64,000 nucleotides of DNA from Ostreococcus lucimarinus (Eukaryota). The position numbers were made by a program, and so were the translations under genes. The DNA lies in the NCBI GenBank assembly GCA_000092065.1, contig CP000585.1. One strand, written 5' to 3'. This document shows, piece after piece, positions 42,523 through 51,570 of this stretch; the stretch's first letter is position 1; each line of letters opens with the position of its first letter. The notes below the pieces were generated by a model. The model saw only the letters and a program-made list of their open reading frames with translations, was not told the DNA's origin and ran no database searches.

Positions 42523-44301
42523 ATGTCCGCGCTCGATGTCTGCGTCGCCGCGTGCGGCGCCGCCGCGGACGCGACGTGCGCGACGGCTTGCTTCACCGCG
42601 TCCGGCTGGGAGATTCCCGCCGAACCGTTCCTCCCGAGGACGCCGAGCCTGATCCTGGGGTGCTGCCTCATCCTGCTCTCCGCCCTGTTCAGCGGCCTCA
42701 CGCTCGGGCTGATGTCGCTCGATCCCGTGGGGCTGGAGATCATCGCCGAGGGCGGCGACGCCGAGGAGCGCGAGTACGCGAAGCAAATCATTCCGGTGAG
42801 GAAAAACGGAAACCTGTTGCTGTGCACGCTGCTGCTCGGAAACACGGCGGTGAACTCCATGATATCGATTTTGATGGCGAGCGTGACGAATGGGATCATG
42901 GGCTTGTTGGTGTCGACGCTGAGCATCGTGATTTTGGGGGAGATTACGCCGCAGGCGCTGTGCTCGCGGCACGGGTTGTACATCGGGGCGAAGACGATTT
43001 GGATCATGAAGTTTTTCATAATGTTACTGTTCGTCGTCGCGTGGCCGATATCGCTCGTGCTCGATCGCATACTCGGGGTCGACATAGGGACCTTTCACAC
43101 GACGGAGGAGTTGAAGCACTTGGTGCGCGTGCACGTGGAGAAGCCGCAAGGCCAGGAGGAATCGGGGTTGAATCAACAAGACGCCACGATGCTCACGGGG
43201 GTTTTGGAGTACAAGCACATGACGGTGGCGGACGTGATGACGGATCTAGACAAGGTTTACATGATTGAACTGAACACGAAAATGTCTTTCGCCGTGTTGA
43301 TGGATATTTACAAGAGCGGGTTCACACGCATTCCCGTGTACGAGGGCACTCGCTCAAACATCGTGGGGATTTTGTTCACGAAAGATTTGATTCTCATCGA
43401 CCCAGACGATGAAATCGAATTGTCCGCAATCTTAGCGTTCCACGGCGGTAAGAATGGTGGGTACATTCGCTATGTTAGCGATAACACGACTTTGGACAAG
43501 GTGTTCCTCGAGTTCAAGACGGCTCGCATGCACTTGCTATGCGCGCACTCCGAAGACGGGCCGCCGCGCAAGGATGGATCAAACGCTCAAGTCACGGGTA
43601 TAATCACGCTCGAAGATGTGCTCGAAGCGCTCATCAAGGACGAAATTATCGACGAGACGGACAACTTGATTGACGTAAACGAGCCAACGTCAATCGTGGA
43701 AAGGCGAGTGACGTTTCGCGGCGCCGATCCGACCAAGTTTATGAGCGTCTTCGAACACAAGATGAACGAAGAAGAGAAACTCGGCGAGAATGAAGTGAGT
43801 GCGATCGTCGCGTTCTTATCGTCGAACGTGGCGGAGTTTAAAACTCTCGGCGAATACCACAAAGTGCTGCGCAAACTCATCGAAACATCAAATGTCGTAG
43901 AAAACGATGACACGAGCAGTAGCGATAGCGAAAATAGTACGATGGGGACACCGGGCGTGCACAGGGGACGCGAATACGACGAAGACCTCTTGTACAGAGC
44001 TGGAGAGCCATCAGACGTTTTTACGCTCGTCCTTCAAGGTCAAGTCAAAATCTTCGCCGGCTCCGAAGACTTTGAGTCTGAGCTCGGTCCTTGGTCGTAC
44101 ATAGGACAAAATGCGCTCATCACAGACCCGTACGTTCCTGATTTCCGCGCGTACAGTTGCGGTGGAACGAGGGTGTTGAAGATTGCTCGTGCGGACTATA
44201 AAGCCGCGCTGGCGAGCGCGGCGGTGAAAGCCATGGGCGCGGGCGCGAAGAAAAGAGTGCAGCTCGTGGGATCGAAAAGCTTTTCCGAGACCGAGCGCTG
44301 A
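42523..44301 (+). CDS. CNNM-family metal (Mg2+) transporter: DUF21 TM domain + CBS pair + cNMP-binding-like domain
   Basis: DUF21 membrane region (LSALFSGLTLGLMSLD, LLCTLLLGNT), tandem CBS, C-terminal cNMP-like fold (FTLVLQGQVKIFAG). Confidence 0.75.
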   Translation: MSALDVCVAACGAAADATCATACFTASGWEIPAEPFLPRTPSLILGCCLILLSALFSGLTLGLMSLDPVGLEIIAEGGDAEEREYAKQIIPVRKNGNLLLCTLLLGNTAVNSMISILMASVTNGIMGLLVSTLSIVILGEITPQALCSRHGLYIGAKTIWIMKFFIMLLFVVAWPISLVLDRILGVDIGTFHTTEELKHLVRVHVEKPQGQEESGLNQQDATMLTGVLEYKHMTVADVMTDLDKVYMIELNTKMSFAVLMDIYKSGFTRIPVYEGTRSNIVGILFTKDLILIDPDDEIELSAILAFHGGKNGGYIRYVSDNTTLDKVFLEFKTARMHLLCAHSEDGPPRKDGSNAQVTGIITLEDVLEALIKDEIIDETDNLIDVNEPTSIVERRVTFRGADPTKFMSVFEHKMNEEEKLGENEVSAIVAFLSSNVAEFKTLGEYHKVLRKLIETSNVVENDDTSSSDSENSTMGTPGVHRGREYDEDLLYRAGEPSDVFTLVLQGQVKIFAGSEDFESELGPWSYIGQNALITDPYVPDFRAYSCGGTRVLKIARADYKAALASAAVKAMGAGAKKRVQLVGSKSFSETER

Positions 44302-44494
44302 TGAGCACGAAGTAACAGTACATTATAGCGGCACACGACGACGAACGATAGGGTCACGCATGTGATAAAATTTACAGCAACGAACGCATTCTCTTAAACC
44401 GAACGCGCGTTTTGGCCGACGAAGACGTTCTCCGTCGCGATTAAAACGTACAACAACGCGTCACTGGTGCGCGATTCAGACGATCTCTCCATCT

Positions 44495-45097
44495 TCAGCG
44501 CGCACCGCTTCCCTCGTCCATCGACTTTGTCGACGATTGCTTTTCAAAATCCGCGAAAATATTCCTTCTAACCTCAATCTTCTTCTCCGGCTCCGCGTCG
44601 TGTCGAGGAAAATGTTCGAAAGCCGCCGCCTCCGAGTCCCCTCCCTCGAAATCCGCCGGCACCCTCGACGACGCCACGCGCACGTACCCCGTCCCTCCGC
44701 ACGCCTGACACGTGCTGATCGTCTCTTGGTGCCGTCCTCCCCGTCGCGTCGTCGACATCACCAACTTATTCCCGCCGCACTTGCCGCACCTGCGGTCGTA
44801 CACCTCCGTCGACTGTTGAATCGTGCACGTGTCCAGCTCCTCCGCCGACGGCTCGCACTTCGCGTCGCCGAACGTGCTCTTACCATCGGACGGTCGAGGC
44901 GGGGCGACGTGGTACGTTATCGGCAGACCGAGCGGTCCGTCGCGCGGCGATGACGACGATGACGACGTCGATGCCTTTGACGATGACGAGGCGACGCGCG
45001 GCGCGCGCGCGACGCGCGCGCGGCGATCGACGACGCGATGGACGCGACGATGCGACACCGCGCGCGTCGTGGACGCGGGCGCGAGTCGGGCGCGCAT
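44495..45097 (-). CDS. small DnaJ-type zinc-finger protein (two CxxCxGxG motifs), organelle-targeted
   Basis: CGKCGGNK and CQACGGTG motifs; S/R-rich presequence. Resembles plastid DnaJ-like Zn-finger assembly factors (inference). Confidence 0.4.
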   Translation of the reverse strand: MRARLAPASTTRAVSHRRVHRVVDRRARVARAPRVASSSSKASTSSSSSSPRDGPLGLPITYHVAPPRPSDGKSTFGDAKCEPSAEELDTCTIQQSTEVYDRRCGKCGGNKLVMSTTRRGGRHQETISTCQACGGTGYVRVASSRVPADFEGGDSEAAAFEHFPRHDAEPEKKIEVRRNIFADFEKQSSTKSMDEGSGAR

Positions 45098-45275
45098 GGC
45101 GAACGCGCGCGGTCGTGTGCGGGCGATCGCGGTCGTTGCGGTCGGTCGTTGCGGTCGGTCGATTTTTGGGAGAGAGCGCGCGCGGGCGAAAAACGACGCG
45201 GACGACGATCGCGCGCGGCGGAGGGACGAGTCGCGGAGACGAGCGTAAAGTACAGCGGATGTGGCAACACGCGCG

Positions 45276-46190
45276 CTACGGGCGCTCCGACGGCGCGCTC
45301 GCGGCGCTCGATCGCTTGAGACGCTTCGGCGGCGCTTCGGCGGCGGCGCGACGAGATTTCGCGCTCTCGCGCGCGCCGGTGAACGGCGCGCCCATCGGTG
45401 GGAGCAGCGTCACCGGTGGACGCGACGTCCAAGGTTCGTCGATGACCGGAAGCGGCGGCTCGCGCGACTCGGCGGCGTCGGCGCGGCGACGCGCCGCCGT
45501 CTTCTTCGTCGCGCCCCTTCGCGCCTTCGTCGAGGACGGCAATCCATCGGACGGCATCCCGTCCGACGGAAACCCATCGGAAGGGAACCCATCGACGAGC
45601 GCCGCGACATCGCCGGTCAACACCGCCTCCTCGAGCGTCTTCGCGCGTCCCCTCAATTTCGCGTTTTCCTTTCTCAACCGCTCGCACGTCGTCTTCGTCG
45701 TCTTCAACTCCCGCCTCAACTCCTCCGACGCCTTCGCCGCGTCTCCCGTCGTTTCCGCGTCCTCACCGCTCGCTCTTCGCGCGCTCTCCGCCGCCTCGCG
45801 CGCTCCTCGCGCGCTCCACGCCTCCCTCGCGCTTCGCTCCGCCGCGTCTCTCGCCGCCTCCGCCTGCATCCGCCGTCCCCGTTCCTCGCTCGCCATCTGT
45901 CGCGCCACCGCCACTTGCTCCACCGCGTCCGCGTCCGACAGCACCACCTTCCTCTGCGACGCGCATCCCGCGTGCAGCAGCTCCAGCGCCTCGTACTTCG
46001 TCTTCAGCGCCACCAGCGCGTCGCGCATCTTCGACCGAATCGTCTCGCTCTCTCGCAGCGCCTCCCGCACGTCCGCGAGCGTCGCGCCGCGCTTCGGCGG
46101 CGACGTCGTCGCCGGCGCGTTCGTCCGCGTCGCGCGGTGCGCCGCGCGCGTCGCCGGCGCCTGCGCGGGGTTGCGCGCGCGCGCCGTCAT
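45276..46190 (-). CDS. hypothetical coiled-coil protein with (DGxPS)4 peptide repeat
   Basis: Heptad-rich segment ALKTKYEALELLHAG...RRELKTTKTTCERLRKENAKLRGRAKTLEEAV; 15-nt tandem repeat encoding DGFPSDGFPSDGMPSDGLPS around 45540-45600. Confidence 0.3.
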   Translation of the reverse strand: MTARARNPAQAPATRAAHRATRTNAPATTSPPKRGATLADVREALRESETIRSKMRDALVALKTKYEALELLHAGCASQRKVVLSDADAVEQVAVARQMASEERGRRMQAEAARDAAERSAREAWSARGAREAAESARRASGEDAETTGDAAKASEELRRELKTTKTTCERLRKENAKLRGRAKTLEEAVLTGDVAALVDGFPSDGFPSDGMPSDGLPSSTKARRGATKKTAARRRADAAESREPPLPVIDEPWTSRPPVTLLPPMGAPFTGARESAKSRRAAAEAPPKRLKRSSAASAPSERP

Positions 46191-46208
46191 TCGTCGTCGC
46201 GCGCCGAA

Positions 46209-47054
46209 ATGCCGCCGACGCGCTCGACGACGCCGACGCGCTCGACGACGCGCGCGCGCGTCGCGACGCGCGCGAAAAGACGCGGGCGCGCGTCGCGCCG
46301 ACCGGCGCCCGGCGCGCCGACGACGCGCGCGCGCGAGGACGCGAACGACGACGACGACGACGTCGGCGCGCTCGACGACGTCGAGCGCGCGGTGTTCGAC
46401 CGCGCGGACGGCGCGTACGCGACGCCCGAACCGGTGGCGATGGACGCGATGCGAGAGATCGAGCGAGCGAACGCGCGCGCGATGCCGGCGGCGGAACGGG
46501 CGCGCGAGGAGGCGTTCAGGACGATGATGCGACGCGCGAAGGCGCGAGAGGATAAGTTGAACGCGGCGGAGCGAGCGCTGAGCGTGGACTCGTTGTTGGT
46601 GTTCGGCGCGGATGGGGTGCTGCCGGAGCTGGTGAACGCGAGAGTGGCGATGTTCGGCGTGCTCACGGGACTGGTGGTGGAGGTGACGACGGGGAAGAGT
46701 TTCTTCGAGCAGTTGGCGTGGAACGCGACGCACGGCGTGAGCGAACTCGTCGTGGGGGCGGTGATTCTGGCGAGTTGCTTGCCGAGTTTTAGGGCTGAGA
46801 GCGATGGAGAGACGATTTTTGGGTCCGGGGCGTGTAAGTGGAGGCGGGATAAGACGGCGCGCGCGGAGAGAGGGTACTTGGTGGATCCTTTGAATCTGGA
46901 CGTGCGAACGCTGCCGGGGAAGGACACCGTGCTCGGACGCGTCGGATGGGTGCCTTTCGTCGAACTGCTCAACGGGCGGTTGGCGATGATCACGATCATC
47001 GTTCTGTTCGCGGGCGAACCGCTACTCGGACATCCGTTCTTCACGTCCCCGTGA
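46209..47054 (+). CDS. light-harvesting-like (LIL/ELIP/SEP family) two-helix chlorophyll-binding-motif protein, plastid
   Basis: Two LHC motifs: PELVNARVAMFGVLTGLVVE and ELLNGRLAMITIIVLFAGE (ExxNGRxAM); T/R-rich presequence. Confidence 0.55.
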   Translation: MPPTRSTTPTRSTTRARVATRAKRRGRASRRPAPGAPTTRAREDANDDDDDVGALDDVERAVFDRADGAYATPEPVAMDAMREIERANARAMPAAERAREEAFRTMMRRAKAREDKLNAAERALSVDSLLVFGADGVLPELVNARVAMFGVLTGLVVEVTTGKSFFEQLAWNATHGVSELVVGAVILASCLPSFRAESDGETIFGSGACKWRRDKTARAERGYLVDPLNLDVRTLPGKDTVLGRVGWVPFVELLNGRLAMITIIVLFAGEPLLGHPFFTSP

Positions 47055-47113
47055 GCGTTTAGGAGATTTGCACGATTTTAATTACAACGAGCGCGTCGGC
47101 TCCTCTTTTTGTT

Positions 47114-48454
47114 CTATTTTTTCGCGTCGCGTTTCGCGCGAAACGCCTCGCGAAGCAGACTAATTTTTTCGTCCGTCACAGGATTACTCTCCACGGCGGA
47201 CTCGTTTTGAAGGAACAACACGCTCGTGTCGCTCGTCGCTAATCGATATCGAGATTTCTTCCGATGCTGCGCTCCTTCGTAATAACCATGCTCGCGAACC
47301 GATATCACTTCGGCGCGAGAGCAAAACTTTGAGCGTCTCATCTTTTCCCAACACGGGCGATTGGGCCAATGCGGGGTGACGACGACAAAAGTCAGCGCGG
47401 AAGACGCTGCGTCCAAGCACTCGAACAAATGTTCAGCCATGCGCGCGACGACGTCTTCGTCGAACGGAGGATTGGCTTCGAACGCGCCTCCTGAGGGCTT
47501 GCATGCGCGAAAGTCCCCCAGCGACCCGAAGGGCTTGTCCACGTCACCGTATTTGCTGTAATACATGGGCCAGCGACAGTTCAACGGCGAGGCGAAGAGC
47601 TCGCACTCGACTTTAAAGCAGTCACGCAGCACGTCGAAAACTTGCCCGTGTAACGAAGCTTGAGAACCACCGGAAAAACGAAACTGCCCGCCAGCCGCCG
47701 CGTCGTACCGACACACCATCGCGAACGCGTCGAACAGGAAATCATTTTCGACAAACTCTTTGGACGACGCATTCGCGTAAAGCGTTTTCAATTTCTCAAA
47801 GTGATCACCGTTCAACCGCACCTCGGTCTTTCCTACGCGCAGCGAAACGACGCCGTCGGCGCGTTCCTCCTTCGACACCGACGTCGCCGGTCCGCGAAAC
47901 TCATTTCTCATCACGCGCGCGCACTCCGTGGCTTTCATCATCATAACGCGCACGACCGCGTCGACTGCCTCATCGCTCGCGTCTTTCTTCTTCGCCCGTA
48001 ACTTCTTCGCCAACGCGTCGCCGCCGCCGTCTCCCGCCGGCACCAGCGGTTCGTCCTCCGACGCCGACGCCAACCACTCCTCGAACGCCGAGCACCACCG
48101 CTTGCCCAAATGCGGTCCCGCGACCCTCTCAAAGTCCATGCACAGGTGCGAGATCGCCCGCAATCGACACGCCTCGATCGCCGCGCGCGTCGCGCGTTCG
48201 TCGCTCGAGCTCGTCGCCTTCGCCGCGCGCTCGCGTCGCGCCCTCGCGCGCGCTTCGTCGACGTGCGCCGCGTCGAGCAACCCCTCGCGATAGTCGACGA
48301 CGACGCCGTCGTCGCGCGCCGTCGTCGCGGTCCTCGCGCGCTTCCGCGCGTCGTCGTCGTCGCGTCGTCCCTCGTCGCGCGCGCGTCGTCCGACCGGCGC
48401 CTTCGCGTCGTCGCCGCCGCGCGCGCGCGCGCGCATCGCCGCCCAGTTCGACAT
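47114..48454 (-). CDS. PCIF1/CAPAM-like mRNA cap N6-adenosine methyltransferase
   Basis: C-terminal domain with catalytic NPPF motif (GGAFEANPPFDEDVV) in helical/MTase-like context typical of PCIF1; start set at MSNWAAM. Confidence 0.55.
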   Translation of the reverse strand: MSNWAAMRARARGGDDAKAPVGRRARDEGRRDDDDARKRARTATTARDDGVVVDYREGLLDAAHVDEARARARRERAAKATSSSDERATRAAIEACRLRAISHLCMDFERVAGPHLGKRWCSAFEEWLASASEDEPLVPAGDGGGDALAKKLRAKKKDASDEAVDAVVRVMMMKATECARVMRNEFRGPATSVSKEERADGVVSLRVGKTEVRLNGDHFEKLKTLYANASSKEFVENDFLFDAFAMVCRYDAAAGGQFRFSGGSQASLHGQVFDVLRDCFKVECELFASPLNCRWPMYYSKYGDVDKPFGSLGDFRACKPSGGAFEANPPFDEDVVARMAEHLFECLDAASSALTFVVVTPHWPNRPCWEKMRRSKFCSRAEVISVREHGYYEGAQHRKKSRYRLATSDTSVLFLQNESAVESNPVTDEKISLLREAFRAKRDAKK

Positions 48455-48578
48455 CGCGCGCGCGGACGCCTCGCGCGCGCGTCGTCGACGCGCGTCGCGC
48501 GCGCGCGTCGCGCGCGGCGCCGCGATGTCCCGGCGACGTTCCGCGTCGGGCGCGCGCCGCCGCACACGACGACGACGC

Positions 48579-49304
48579 ATGGCGCGCGCGGCGACGACGC
48601 CGACGCGCGCGACGACGCCGACGCCGACGCGCGGCGTCGCGCGACCGCGACGCGGCGACGCGCGCGCGCGACCGCGACGCGCGACGCGCGCGAGCGCGAA
48701 AAAGCGAAAAGGTTTCGCCGAACTCTTGGGCGGCGCGGCGAGCGACGACGGAGACGCGCGAGCGGAGCGCGCGGGCGCGACGACGAGCGCGAAGGGAAAA
48801 GCGGCGCGGAGCGCGGAGGCGCGATGCCCGTGCGGGGGAGGGCGCGATGGGCTGACGTACGCGAGCTGTTGCAAGAGGTTTCACGACGGCGACGCGTACC
48901 CGGAGGATCCGGTGACGCTGATGCGCACGCGGTTTAGCGCGTACGCCAAGGGAAAAGGACTTTATGTGGTGAAAACAACGCATCCGGATAACCCGCTGCT
49001 GATGGAGGGGGCGAAGACGAAGACGGGGAAGGTGGTGAGCACGCTGGCGCGAGACGTCGAGGCGACGTGTAAAAAGGTTCGGTTTTACGACTTGGACATC
49101 GTGCGCGACGTCAAGGGCAAGGGTAAGGGCGACGCGCGCGAGCATTTGGTTGGGTTTCGTTACAAGTGTCGGGTCGTCGGGCAACAGGGGTTCAACGAGC
49201 TTCCCGAGGAGAAACACGCGGAGCTCTCGACGTTTCGCACGACGAGGGACGACGACGGGAACGAGGTGTGGAAATTCGTCGACGGAATCCAAGGATCGAC
49301 TTAG
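48579..49304 (+). CDS. YchJ/UPF0225-family SEC-C motif protein, organelle-targeted
   Basis: CPCGGGRDGLTYASCCKRFHDG...LMRTRFSAYAKG matches YchJ N-terminal SEC-C metal-binding motif; NTF2-like remainder. Confidence 0.55.
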   Translation: MARAATTPTRATTPTPTRGVARPRRGDARARPRRATRASAKKRKGFAELLGGAASDDGDARAERAGATTSAKGKAARSAEARCPCGGGRDGLTYASCCKRFHDGDAYPEDPVTLMRTRFSAYAKGKGLYVVKTTHPDNPLLMEGAKTKTGKVVSTLARDVEATCKKVRFYDLDIVRDVKGKGKGDAREHLVGFRYKCRVVGQQGFNELPEEKHAELSTFRTTRDDDGNEVWKFVDGIQGST

Positions 49305-49439
49305 TACTTTTCTCGATTGTATTTGAATATTTGATTTTTGTTCCACCGCGTGTTCGCGTCCGACGTTTGAGGGCTCTCGGTTGGGCGTCGTCTCGTCCCG
49401 GCGGCGTCGCGGATAACCTTCACAGTCACGCTCGCGTCG

Positions 49440-50057
49440 ATGCCCGCGCTGACTTCGACCGCGCGCGCGGCCACGCACGCGTTCGCCACGCATCGCGGCG
49501 TCAACTCCCGTCGCAATCCGCGCTCGATGCAAGCCGTTCGCGCCTTCTTCGGCGGCGCCGCCACGTCATCAAAGTCCGCGCACGAGTTCACCGTGAAAGA
49601 CATCGACGGCAAGGACGTCTCGATGTCCAAGTACGCCGGAAAGGTGTGCCTCGTCGTGAACGTCGCCTCCGAGTGAGGCTTGACGGACCAAAACTACAAG
49701 GAGCTCGTCGCGCTGGACGCGAAGTACGCCAACCTTGAAGTTTTGGCTTTCCCGTCGAACGAGTTCGGCGGACAAGAACCGGGAAGCGCGGCGCAGATCA
49801 AGGCGTTCGCTCGGGAAAAGTACGGGGCAAAGTTCCCGCTGTTCGAAAAGACCACGGTAAACGGTGCGAGTGCGAGCCCGTTGTACAAGCATTTGAAGGA
49901 ATCCGCGCCCGAGTCTGGTTTGCTCGCGATGGCTGGTTCAGAAATCAAGTGGAACTTTGCCAAGTTTTTGCTCGATAAGGACGGCAAGACGATCGCGCGT
50001 TACGCGCCGACGTCTAGCCCTTTTAGTATCGAGGGGGACATCATCAAGGCGCTTTAA
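49440..50057 (+). CDS. GPX: glutathione peroxidase, selenocysteine-containing (in-frame TGA at 49674..49676 read as Sec)
   Basis: ORFs 49440..49676 and 49680..50057 are same frame, separated only by TGA in NVASE-U-GLT, exactly the GPX redox-centre position; downstream WNF(A/T)KFL and FPxNEFG... motifs conserved. Confidence 0.8.
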
Positions 50058-50104
50058 TACGTCATACTGTCACGACAAAGACAGTCGCAACAGCGCAAGA
50101 TTTG

Positions 50105-50174
50105 CCGCGGAGAGGTGACGCTTCATCCAATAAATCGACGTCTGTCGAGGGGATGGGCCGAGTTAACATCCGCG
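50105..50174 (+). promoter_or_regulatory. candidate SECIS element in GPX 3'UTR
   Basis: CCGCGG(50105-10)/CCGCG(50170-74) helix I; UGAC (50116-19) opposite cGA (50159-61); helix II gcuucaucc/ggaugggc (8/9 pairs incl. GU); unpaired AA (50129-30) followed by mini-stem ucgac-gucug-ucga (type II). Confidence 0.5.
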
Positions 50175-50257
50175 TCGTTTCGCTCGCGCTAACATTCTTT
50201 TACATTCTCTGAACACAGTAATACAATCTACGCTATGCGGCTGCGCAATGCTCTAAA

Positions 50258-51535
50258 CTATTCTAAAAAATCGGCGACGTATTCTGCCACCGCGAGGCTC
50301 GACGTCAAGCCGGGTGACTCAAAGCCAAACAGATGCACCAAACCAACCGCACCGTGCTGACTTTCAGTTTGAAATACAAAGTCAGTCGTCGCGCCGGGCT
50401 CATCAGTGTCACCTGCTTCGTTGATGAGCTTAGGTCGGATACCCGTGAACGCCGGTCGAAGCGCGCCGTCTTGCAAACCAGGCCAGTACTCGCGAATCGC
50501 CTCGTAAAACGAACGCACGCGCGCTGGGTTCATCGTGTAATCGATGTCGTCTATCCATTCAATGTCAGGACCAAACTTGCACTTGTCGTAAACATCGCGA
50601 GTGAAGTGCACACCCAGACCTCCTTCTCTCGGCAAAGGATACACGAGCCGCTGAAAAGGCGCCGAGTAGCCTTTTTTCAGCTCACAATACATCCCTCGCG
50701 CGAAATACAAAGGCGGTGGCGGCGTCACGGAGATGTCGTAAACATCTAACAACCGATCGCACAACCGGTGTGCGTATAGCCCGGCGGCGTTCACTAAGCG
50801 CGGCGTAGAAATTACGCGACGCGACTTTGTCTTCACCTGAAACGTTTTGCTCAGCCCGCGCGTGATCTCAACCACTTCATCCCCGAGCGCCACCGTTGTT
50901 CGCCCATCTCGCACGCAATCGCGACGAAACGACTCCATGAGCTCTTGAACGTCGACGATACTCGTCGAAGGCGACAAAACCCCAGCGTAACCTCGCACAT
51001 TTTTCTCGTACGCCGTGAGTTGCTCCGACGTGAGCAACGCCAAGTCGTCGACGTCGTTCATCTGCGCTCTCGTAATCATCGCCTCGAGCGCGTCCATCTG
51101 ACTCTCATCCCGCGCGACGATGAGTTTACCTATGTTTTCCCACTTTACATCTTTCTTCTCACAGTATTTCACAATCTTTCGCCGCCCTTCGACGCAAAAC
51201 TTTGCCTTCGCGCTTCCCGGGACGTAATGCATCCCCGCGTGTAACACCTCCGAGTTCTTTGAGCTCGTCTCCGCGCCGATGCTCTCCGCTTTATCGATGA
51301 CGCACACGCGCATACCACGCAAAGACAAGGCGCGCGCGCACGCCAGTCCGATGACACCGGCTCCGACGACGACGGCGTCGTAGCGTTCATCAGCGTCAAA
51401 GCCGCGAAGGGCGCCCGGACGGAACGTCGTCGCGCGCGCTGTGCGGGCGCGCCCGTGCGGTAGCGCGCGCGCGCGTGACGTCAATACATCACGAGACACG
51501 CGTTGCGCATCGTGGACCCGCATGTAGGGCGTCAA
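50258..51535 (-). CDS. L-2-hydroxyglutarate dehydrogenase-like FAD-dependent oxidoreductase, mitochondrial
   Basis: FAD-binding DAVVVGAGVIGLACARAL...; L2HGDH-family blocks SKNSEVLHAGMHYVPGSAKAKFCVEG, GKLIVA; presequence. Confidence 0.7.
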   Translation of the reverse strand: MTPYMRVHDAQRVSRDVLTSRARALPHGRARTARATTFRPGALRGFDADERYDAVVVGAGVIGLACARALSLRGMRVCVIDKAESIGAETSSKNSEVLHAGMHYVPGSAKAKFCVEGRRKIVKYCEKKDVKWENIGKLIVARDESQMDALEAMITRAQMNDVDDLALLTSEQLTAYEKNVRGYAGVLSPSTSIVDVQELMESFRRDCVRDGRTTVALGDEVVEITRGLSKTFQVKTKSRRVISTPRLVNAAGLYAHRLCDRLLDVYDISVTPPPPLYFARGMYCELKKGYSAPFQRLVYPLPREGGLGVHFTRDVYDKCKFGPDIEWIDDIDYTMNPARVRSFYEAIREYWPGLQDGALRPAFTGIRPKLINEAGDTDEPGATTDFVFQTESQHGAVGLVHLFGFESPGLTSSLAVAEYVADFLE

Positions 51536-51570
51536 CGTCTGCCGCTGCGCGCGCGAACGCTCGTCGACTC

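Noticed and set aside
49674-49676. In-frame TGA inside the GPX gene interpreted as a frameshift or pseudogene, or as two genes.
   Set aside because: Same frame on both sides, exact catalytic-residue position of GPX, a SECIS-like structure downstream and eEFSec present in the window: selenocysteine recoding is the better explanation.
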